The notes under the pieces: model-generated
The model's input: the letters and a program-made list of their open reading frames with translations, nothing else
The model's database searches: none
Told to the model about the DNA's origin: nothing
Source of the DNA: Anaerolineales bacterium
GTDB lineage: Bacteria > Chloroflexota > Anaerolineae > Anaerolineales > UBA11579
DNA length: 64,000 bases
Assembly: GCA_021463845.1 (NCBI GenBank)
Contig: JAJTXV010000001.1
Span: forward strand, 646,174 to 710,173
Direction of reading: 5' to 3'
Program-made: the position numbers and the translations under genes
Part shown: in pieces, positions 36,708 to 42,875 of the stretch
Layout: every line of letters begins with the position of its first letter
How positions within the stretch are numbered: position 1 is the stretch's first letter

Positions 36708-36739
36708 TTGACGTTGAGCCTATTTGTTTTATAAAATAG
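36708..36739 (+). promoter_or_regulatory. Sigma-70-type promoter of the PadR operon with overlapping palindrome
   Basis: TTGACG (36708-36713), a 16-nt spacer, then TATAAA (36730-36735). The inverted repeat CTATTT-N8-AAATAG (36720-36739) spans the -10 box. The ATG is at 36747. Confidence 0.55.
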
Positions 36740-36746
36740 AAAAATA

Positions 36747-37073
36747 ATGGAGAAAATACTCTCACGAACAGAAGAGACCCTGCTGCTGGCGGTGTGGGCG
36801 CTGGCGCCGAACGCCTACGGCCTGGCGATCGGCGAGCACTTACGCAAGCTGACCGGCAAACGCTGGTCCGTCGGCGCGATCTACATCCCGCTGGAGCGCC
36901 TGGAGGCGCGCGGCCTGTTGGCGGCGCATGAAGGCGAGCCGACCCCGCAGCGCGGCGGGCGCAGCAAGCGCTTCTTCACGCTGACCCCGCAGGGGCTGAA
37001 GGCGCTCAACGAGGCCCGGCGGCTGCACGAAGCGCTGTGGGCCGCGGTGCCTGATGAGGGAGGGCTGGCTTGA
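36747..37073 (+). CDS. PadR family transcriptional regulator
   Basis: 108 aa. The winged-HTH pattern is LLLAVW......YGLAI..HL.....K.WS...GAIY..L.RLE.RGLL. Confidence 0.82.
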   Translation: MEKILSRTEETLLLAVWALAPNAYGLAIGEHLRKLTGKRWSVGAIYIPLERLEARGLLAAHEGEPTPQRGGRSKRFFTLTPQGLKALNEARRLHEALWAAVPDEGGLA

Positions 37074-37720
37074 TGCACAACACCATCCAGCCGCCCGCCC
37101 AGGCCACCCGCCTGCTGCGCAGCGTGTTGCCACAGCCGAGCGCCGAAGCCATTCTGGGCGACCTGCACGAAGCCTTCGTGCAGGCGGCCCACGAAGACGG
37201 CTTGCTGGCGGCCCGCATCTGGTATTGGAAAGAAGCGCTGCTGGCGCTGCCTGGCTTCGCCCTGCTGGCATTGCAAAACACGCACACTCGGAGGCAACTT
37301 GTGAACGGAAACATGGTTAGCGAAAACTGGTTTGGCAAGAACAATGGCCGCACGGCGGCCATCACGGGGATGCTGCTGCTGGTACCCGCCCTGCTAGTTG
37401 AAGGCTTTGCAGTGGCCTACGTACTGTCTGGCCGGCCGATGGCGGCGGTGATGAACACGCCGGGCCTCTCGCACCTGATGGCGGCCATGGAGAGCGGCTA
37501 TCTGAACATCGCCGGCGCCGAGCTGCCGATCGGCATTCTGGTGCTGGCGGGCATCCTGCTGGCGGCCATCATCAACTTCTTCGCCGTGGTGCAGGTCAAG
37601 CTGGAAACGGTGGAGGACGGCTACCAGGCCACGCTGACCGCTCGCCGCAAGCTGTGGAACCTGCTGCTATTGGCGCTGGTCGCAGTGCTGCTGCTGGGCA
37701 TGGACTGGCTCATCAGCTAG
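37073..37720 (+). CDS. PadR-associated membrane protein
   Basis: About 215 aa. The N-terminal cytoplasmic segment (ILGDLHEAF....R.WYWKEAL) resembles the prefix domain found next to PadR genes, and it is followed by 3-4 TM helices. TGATG overlap with padR. Confidence 0.6.
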   Translation: MHNTIQPPAQATRLLRSVLPQPSAEAILGDLHEAFVQAAHEDGLLAARIWYWKEALLALPGFALLALQNTHTRRQLVNGNMVSENWFGKNNGRTAAITGMLLLVPALLVEGFAVAYVLSGRPMAAVMNTPGLSHLMAAMESGYLNIAGAELPIGILVLAGILLAAIINFFAVVQVKLETVEDGYQATLTARRKLWNLLLLALVAVLLLGMDWLIS

Positions 37721-37810
37721 CCACCTAAGTAATCCAAAGCCTCAGGCATATGCCTGGGGCTTTTTTATTTGCCCTAAAATCGGCTAAACTTGCATTCTAG
37801 GAGCGCACAC

Positions 37811-38164
37811 ATGAAATCAATCGCGAAAATTGCATCCTGGATCCTGATCTTCTTTGGCGTGCTCTTCATCTGGGCTGCGTTTGGCACCCAGACCAGTTGG
37901 GGCAACCTGGCCACCGGCCTGATCACCGTGGGCCTGGGCTTTGGCCTGATGTGGTACGCCAACCAAAAGCTGGCCGCCCCCGGCGAACAAAAGGTGACCT
38001 ACAACGTGGACCTGACCGGCGATGTGAAGCTGGAGAAGTTCCTGTGCCAGCAGTGCGGCGGCGCCCTGAGCGACAAGAACGTGGCCCTAGTGGGCGGCGC
38101 GCTCAACGTCACCTGCCCCTACTGCGGCGCGGTCTACCAGATCGAAGAAGCCCCCAAGTGGTAA
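37811..38164 (+). CDS. Small membrane protein with C-terminal zinc ribbon
   Basis: 117 aa from MKSIAK, with AGGAG 9 nt upstream. Two TM helices are followed by CQQCGG...17...CPYCG. Confidence 0.6.
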   Translation: MKSIAKIASWILIFFGVLFIWAAFGTQTSWGNLATGLITVGLGFGLMWYANQKLAAPGEQKVTYNVDLTGDVKLEKFLCQQCGGALSDKNVALVGGALNVTCPYCGAVYQIEEAPKW

Positions 38165-38231
38165 GCGCCCTGAGCGCAGTAACCAACTTCATCCCTCAGC
38201 CGTTCACTTCAAGCAGGACAGGTTCTGACCG

Positions 38232-39920
38232 ATGAAACTACGACACCGCATTCTCTCTCTTATTCTGTTGCTGCTGGTCGTGTGCGTGCCGCTCAGCGTG
38301 GCCTATGCACAGACCTATGCCTTCCAGGTGCCAACCCAGCGCGTAGATGTGTACTGGGAGCCCAACGGCACCCTGAGCGTCACCTACGAGATCACCTTTC
38401 GCAATGAGAGCTACGCGGACCCGATCGATTATGTAGACGTGGGTCTGCCCAACAATAGCTATTCGGTCTCCAACGTCAGCGCATCCATTGACGGCCGCCC
38501 CATCACCCACATTGCCTACTCGCCCTACATTGATGTTGGCGTGGAACTGGGGTTGGGCGCGTATGCGATCCAGCCCGGCCAGACCGGCACGGTGCGCATG
38601 ACCGCCACCAACGTCAGCAACGTGCTGTATGAGGATAACGAGGACAGCAGCTATGCCAGCGCGCTGTTCATGCCCAACTATTTTGACTCGGACTTTGTCA
38701 ACGGCAGCAGCGACATCACGGTGGTGTTCCACTTGCCGCCGGGCGTACAGCCCAGCGAGCCGCGCTGGCACACCGCCGGCCACCCTGGCTTCCCCGATAC
38801 ACCTGTCACCGGCGTGGATAACTCCGGCCGCATCACCTACACCTGGCGCAACACCAGTGCCAACGCCGGCGAAGACTATTTGTTCGGCGCCTCGTTCCCG
38901 GCCCGCTATGTCGCCAGCGGCAGTGTGACCGTGCCCACTTTCTGGCAGCGCTACGGCATCGATCCTGACGTGGTCATCGGCCTCCTGGTGTGCCTGTGCT
39001 TCGCCGGCTTCTTTGCTTTCATCGTGATCATCGCAGTGAGGGCTGAGCGCAGCCGCAAGCTCAAGTATTTACCGCCCAAGATCTCGGTCGAAGGGCACGG
39101 CATCAAGCGCGGCCTGACCGCGCCGGAAGCCGCCATCCTGCTTGAACAGCCGATGGACAAGATCCTCTCAATGATCATGTTCTCGGTGGTGAAAAAGGGC
39201 GCGGCGGAAGTGGTGACCCGTGACCCGCTGGATGTGGCGCGCGTCACCAAACAGCCAACCGGCTTGAAGGAATACGAGAACGACTTCCTGAACGCGTTCG
39301 CCGAAAGCGACAAAGCCAAGCGCCGGCGCGAGCTGCAGCAGATGATGGTGCGTATGGTGCGCGGCGTGGCCAACAAGATGCGCGGCTTCAGCAAGCGCGA
39401 GACGGTTGAGTTCTACAAGAAGATCACCGCTGATGCCTGGGCCGAAGTGGAAGCCGCGGATACGCCCAAGGTGAAGAGCGAAGCGTTCGACGAGAACCTG
39501 GAATGGACCATGCTGGATCCGAACTACGACCGCCGCACGCGGGATGTGTTCTCAGATGGGCCGGTGTATCTGCCGCGCTGGTATGGCGGCTACAACCCGG
39601 CCTACAACACAGCGGGCAAGACCTCATCCGCCCCCAGCGTGGGCCGCAGCAGCGGCAGCCCCACCCGCAGCACCGGCAGCCCCTCGCTGCCCACCCTGCC
39701 CGGCGGCGACTTCGCCGCCTCGGTGGTGGGCGGCGTGCAGAGCTTTGCCAGCAGCGTGGTGGGCAACCTGTCTGACTTCACCGGCGGCGTGACCAAGGTC
39801 ACCAACCCGCCGCCCCCGCCCTCTACCAGCAGCGGCGGTGGCGGCTTCAGCGGCGGCGGCTCGTCGTGTGCGTGTGCATGCGCAGGCTGCGCCTGCGCAT
39901 GCGCCGGAGGAGGCCGCTAA
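38232..39920 (+). CDS. DUF2207-like single-pass membrane protein with Ser/Gly-rich C-terminus ending in a Cys-Ala repeat (CACACAGCACACAGGGR)
   Basis: 562 aa. It has a signal peptide and an extracytoplasmic domain (Y.F.V....VDV...NG.L.V.YEI.F.N), one TM, and a cytoplasmic domain with the GIKRGLTAPEAAILLE motif. The low-complexity tail is PPPPPSTSSGGGGFSGGGSSCACACAGCACACAGGGR. The cytoplasmic domain is paralogous to 41700-42701. Confidence 0.75.
   Translation: MKLRHRILSLILLLLVVCVPLSVAYAQTYAFQVPTQRVDVYWEPNGTLSVTYEITFRNESYADPIDYVDVGLPNNSYSVSNVSASIDGRPITHIAYSPYIDVGVELGLGAYAIQPGQTGTVRMTATNVSNVLYEDNEDSSYASALFMPNYFDSDFVNGSSDITVVFHLPPGVQPSEPRWHTAGHPGFPDTPVTGVDNSGRITYTWRNTSANAGEDYLFGASFPARYVASGSVTVPTFWQRYGIDPDVVIGLLVCLCFAGFFAFIVIIAVRAERSRKLKYLPPKISVEGHGIKRGLTAPEAAILLEQPMDKILSMIMFSVVKKGAAEVVTRDPLDVARVTKQPTGLKEYENDFLNAFAESDKAKRRRELQQMMVRMVRGVANKMRGFSKRETVEFYKKITADAWAEVEAADTPKVKSEAFDENLEWTMLDPNYDRRTRDVFSDGPVYLPRWYGGYNPAYNTAGKTSSAPSVGRSSGSPTRSTGSPSLPTLPGGDFAASVVGGVQSFASSVVGNLSDFTGGVTKVTNPPPPPSTSSGGGGFSGGGSSCACACAGCACACAGGGR
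39876..39902 (+). other. Perfect 12-bp hairpin inside the Cys-Ala codons, just upstream of the next gene's SD
   Basis: GCATGCGCAGGC-TGC-GCCTGCGCATGC, followed by GGAGGAGG (39906-39913) and ATG 39920. Confidence 0.7.
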
Positions 39921-41083
39921 TGGGCTTTCTGGACAAACTGCGCGGCGGCGAGAAGGCTCAGCCGCTGGAACCCGGGCTGTTCTCCTACACCTCGCCGGCC
40001 AGCCACCCCAACCACTACCGTTTGCACTTGCGGGTTGAGCCGGGCGGCGAAGGCCTGCTGGTCATCAACGCCAGCACGGTATTGCACCTCAACCAAACCG
40101 CCACAGAGATGGCTTGGCACTTCATCCGCCTGACGCCGCCTGAGCAAGTGGCCGAGCAGGTATCCAAGCGCTATAGCACCAACAAGAAGCAGGCGGCCGA
40201 CGATTACGCCGAATTTGCCAAGACGATCCAGACCCTGATCGAAACGCCCGACCTGGACCCGGTGACGTATCTGGATGTCGACCGCGCCACACCCTATGAG
40301 GACCTGAGCGCGCCGTACCGGCTGGATATTGCACTGACCTACCGCCTGCCGGAGGGCGCCCCTGCCGAGGCGGCGCCCAGCAAGCGCGTTGAGCGCGAGC
40401 TGAGCACGGACGAGTGGAAGCAGGTGATCGACAAGGCCTACAACGCCGGCATCCCGCACATCACCTTCACGGGCGGCGAGCCGACCCTGCGCGAAGACCT
40501 GGCCGAGCTGCTGCAGCACGCCGAAGCCCGCGGCCTGGTAACCGGCCTGGTGACCGACGGCCACAAGCTCACCGACACGCGCTACCTCAAGACCCTGCTA
40601 GACGCGGGTCTGGACCATGCCATGATCGTGCTGCAGCCCAGCGGCACGCAGACCTGGGACTCGCTGGCCAGCTTTGCCTATTGGCGTGAAGTGCTGAACG
40701 ATGACATCTTCATCGCTGCCCACCTGACGCTGACCAAGGACAACGCCAGCCAGGCCAATGCGCTGATCGACAAGCTGTCGGGCAGCGGCATCCGCGCCCT
40801 CTCGCTGAGCGAAGCGGACACCTCGCTGCACGAGGCGCTGCAGGCCGCCCGCGACCATGCCGGCGCGCTGAACTTGCCGCTGGTGTGGGACCTGCCCGTG
40901 CCGTATTCGGCGCTCAATCCGGTCAGCTTGGAGCTGGCAGCCGCCCACGGCCAGGATACTCCGCAGGGGGCAGGCAAGGCCTGGCTCTACGTAGAGCCGG
41001 ATGGCGACGTGCTGCCCGGCCAGGGCGGCAAGAAGGTGCTAGGCAATTTTGTGCGCGATGAGTGGAGTGGGATTTGGAGGTAG
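39920..41083 (+). CDS. Radical-SAM-like pseudoenzyme (no CxxxCxxC, no SPASM cysteines) with N-terminal PqqD/RRE-like domain
   Basis: 387 aa. Collinear with 42876-44510, but APYRLDIALTYRLPEGAP replaces APYKVDIALTYGCNNECPHCYN, and LYVEPDGDVLPGQ replaces LCIEPNGNVLPCQ. The GGE-type motif ITFTGGEPTL is retained. The ATG overlaps the upstream TAA (TAATG). Confidence 0.75.
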   Translation: MGFLDKLRGGEKAQPLEPGLFSYTSPASHPNHYRLHLRVEPGGEGLLVINASTVLHLNQTATEMAWHFIRLTPPEQVAEQVSKRYSTNKKQAADDYAEFAKTIQTLIETPDLDPVTYLDVDRATPYEDLSAPYRLDIALTYRLPEGAPAEAAPSKRVERELSTDEWKQVIDKAYNAGIPHITFTGGEPTLREDLAELLQHAEARGLVTGLVTDGHKLTDTRYLKTLLDAGLDHAMIVLQPSGTQTWDSLASFAYWREVLNDDIFIAAHLTLTKDNASQANALIDKLSGSGIRALSLSEADTSLHEALQAARDHAGALNLPLVWDLPVPYSALNPVSLELAAAHGQDTPQGAGKAWLYVEPDGDVLPGQGGKKVLGNFVRDEWSGIWR

Positions 41084-41123
41084 TAGCGTAACAACTGCTG
41101 GCCAGTTACGCTAAAATTATCCC

Positions 41124-41378
41124 ATGAGCGCAGAGCGAAATTTCTCTTTTCGAGTAGTGATCGAGCCGGATGACCCGGAAGGGTTTCATGGATTCGTGCC
41201 ATTGCTACCCGGCGTTCACACTGTGGGGGATACTGTCGAACAGACTAAGCAAAATCTGCGCGAGGCAATTTTGGTTCATGTAGAAGGCCTTCTGAAGGAT
41301 GGCGAAGAAATCCCTCAAGAAGGCAAGGTGCTCGAGTTGGTTGAGACCTTTTCCAGCAAGGATTTTTCCTCAAGCTAG
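41124..41378 (+). CDS. hicB: HicB family antitoxin (short form, no DNA-binding domain)
   Basis: 84 aa. The F.V.IE.D...GF...VP.LPG..T.G.T.E....N..EAI..H.E pattern is typical of HicB/UPF0150. Confidence 0.8.
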   Translation: MSAERNFSFRVVIEPDDPEGFHGFVPLLPGVHTVGDTVEQTKQNLREAILVHVEGLLKDGEEIPQEGKVLELVETFSSKDFSSS

Positions 41379-41609
41379 ATGCCAAAGCTGCCTGTTGTAA
41401 AAGCGAGGGAACTATTGAACGCGCTTCAAAGAATGGGCTTTGTTGTCCATCACCAGCGCGGCAGCCATATTCAACTCAAGCATGCGGATGGCAGACGCGT
41501 CACTGTTCCCATGCATGCAGGTACAGACATACGCAGAGGCACGCTGCGAGCAATCATCAGAGACATCGGGCTTAGTGTCGACGAATTTTTGGAACTACTG
41601 AACCGCTAA
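41379..41609 (+). CDS. hicA: HicA family mRNA-interferase toxin
   Basis: 76 aa. K.RELL.AL...GF......GSH.QLKH..GRR.TVP.H.G.DI..GTL..I..D.GLS..EF. It starts immediately after the hicB stop (TAGATG). Confidence 0.85.
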   Translation: MPKLPVVKARELLNALQRMGFVVHHQRGSHIQLKHADGRRVTVPMHAGTDIRRGTLRAIIRDIGLSVDEFLELLNR

Positions 41610-41634
41610 GCATCCTTCATAGAGAGTACAAGCC

Positions 41635-41692
41635 AGATTGCTTCGGGCTGAAAGTTGCATGCTCATGCAACTTTCAGCATCCTCGCAATGAC
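41635..41692. repeat. AGATTGCTTCG-hairpin-CTCGCAATGAC element (near-identical inverted copy at 62552-62609)
   Basis: AGATTGCTTCGGGCTGAAAGTTGCATGCTCATGCAACTTTCAGCATCCTCGCAATGAC. The reverse complement of 62552-62609 differs at only a few positions. Confidence 0.85.
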
Positions 41693-41699
41693 GGGGAGA

Positions 41700-42701
41700 T
41701 CACCCGTAAAACGTAGTTCTACGAATATCGCTTAGCAGCGCGGCGGTCACTGCATCGCTCTCATCCCCCAAGTCGAGCTTGACGTCGCCTTCGTCTACTA
41801 TGCCGTCGAGCTCGGTGTAGACAGCCTGCACCCAGCGGGCGAAGGTGTGGCCGCCGAGGTGCACCGGCTGCTTGCGCAGCCATTGCGGCACATAGGAATA
41901 GTCCGGCTGGTCGAGCACGCTGACGAAGTCGGCGCCCAGCAGTACCCAGCCTAGGTTGCGGTTGAATATCCGCTCACGGTCGAAGGTCAGCTTGCCGTCG
42001 CTGCGGGCTTCCTTGGGGGCGCGGTCAATGATGAGGTCGTAGTAGGTGCGGGTTTCGTCGAGGCTGTAGCCCCCCGCCCGCCCGGCCACATAGCGCACCA
42101 GCGGCTGCACCGCCACGCCTAGGTCAAGCTGGCGCACGGGAACTCCAGGATGGGTCTCGATGATCTCAAGGAACGGCTCTTCAAAGGCGTGGAGGGCCGC
42201 ATTGATGGCCTGGGCGGCCAGGCGGCGGCGCTCGCCGCGCTGCTGGACGGTCAGCGCGAGACCATGCGTGCGGAAGGCTTCCTCGACTTCGACAGTGAAC
42301 GGCTCGCCGTGCGTCTGGCGCAGGATGCCTTTACGCAACAGCTCGAACAGCAGCAGAGTCAGCGTGATGTTGATCGGCCGGCCAAGCAGCACAGCCGCCT
42401 CGGGCGGCGTGAGGCCGCGCTTGACGCCGCCGCCCTCGATGCGGGCTACGGCGGGCTGGTAGCCCGCCGCCCGTGCCCGGCGCCAGGCAGCCCAACCCAG
42501 CAGGCCCAGCAACGGCACGAAGGCCAGCAGCTGCGCCAGCGGCCAAACGGCGAACAGCGCCAGCAGCCCGGCGGCTAGGGCGGCAAAGAGCAGCCGGCCC
42601 TGTCCGCGGGCCAGCTGCAAGAACAATAGCCACAGCAACGCCGTGAACACGGCGGCTGTGGCTATGCGCAGGATAGCGTTGGCTTCAAGGGCGGCGAGCA
42701 T
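41700..42701 (-). CDS. Membrane protein paralogous to the cytoplasmic domain of the DUF2207-like protein (no Cys tail)
   Basis: 333 aa. Three N-terminal TM helices precede ARIEGGGVKRGLTPPEAAVLLGRP (compare ISVEGHGIKRGLTAPEAAILLEQP). Further collinear matches: GYSLDETRTYY vs GFSKRETVEFY, RNLGWVLL vs ENLEWTML, YVPQWL vs YLPRWY. Confidence 0.7.
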   Translation of the reverse strand: MLAALEANAILRIATAAVFTALLWLLFLQLARGQGRLLFAALAAGLLALFAVWPLAQLLAFVPLLGLLGWAAWRRARAAGYQPAVARIEGGGVKRGLTPPEAAVLLGRPINITLTLLLFELLRKGILRQTHGEPFTVEVEEAFRTHGLALTVQQRGERRRLAAQAINAALHAFEEPFLEIIETHPGVPVRQLDLGVAVQPLVRYVAGRAGGYSLDETRTYYDLIIDRAPKEARSDGKLTFDRERIFNRNLGWVLLGADFVSVLDQPDYSYVPQWLRKQPVHLGGHTFARWVQAVYTELDGIVDEGDVKLDLGDESDAVTAALLSDIRRTTFYG

Positions 42702-42707
42702 GGAGCG

Positions 42708-42737
42708 ATTATACGAGCTGCAAAGCTTTCACCACAA
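42708..42737 (-). promoter_or_regulatory. Candidate promoter giving a leaderless transcript for 41700-42701
   Basis: Minus strand: TTGTGG (42737-42732), an 18-nt spacer, TATAAT (42713-42708), then CGCTCC and ATG (42701). No SD is present. Confidence 0.45.
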
Positions 42738-42872
42738 AGACACGAAGAACACAAAGTTTGGAAATCGTGCGCAGTTCTGTGCGGCTGGCAATAACAGGAT
42801 GGGCGTATAAATCTGCAATCAGAAATCGAAAATCAGAAATACCTTTGTGCTCTTTGTGATTTTGTGGCCCGG
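42725..42872. repeat. MITE-like element with imperfect terminal inverted repeats (CCACAAAGACACGAAGAACACAAAG family)
   Basis: CACCACAAAGACACGAAGAACACAAAGT (42730-42757) and CCTTTGTGCTCTTTGTGATTTTGTGG (42842-42867) are inverted copies matching at about 22 of 26 positions. They flank about 85 nt that contain CAGAAATCGAAAATCAGAAAT. Confidence 0.7.
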
Positions 42873-42875
42873 TAT

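Noticed and set aside
39866-39919. Alternative start MCVCMRRLRLRMRRRRPL for the pseudo-rSAM gene
   Set aside because: It is merely the other-frame reading of the Cys-Ala/hairpin DNA. A strong GGAGGAGG Shine-Dalgarno precedes ATG 39920, and homology to the paralogue begins after that ATG.
42702-42875. Search for a short precursor-peptide ORF next to the radical SAM genes (also 41084-41123 and 44511-44586)
   Set aside because: No ATG/GTG-initiated ORF with a Shine-Dalgarno and a plausible Cys-rich core is visible. The 174-bp spacer is occupied by a MITE-like inverted-repeat element. A very short or non-canonical peptide cannot be excluded.
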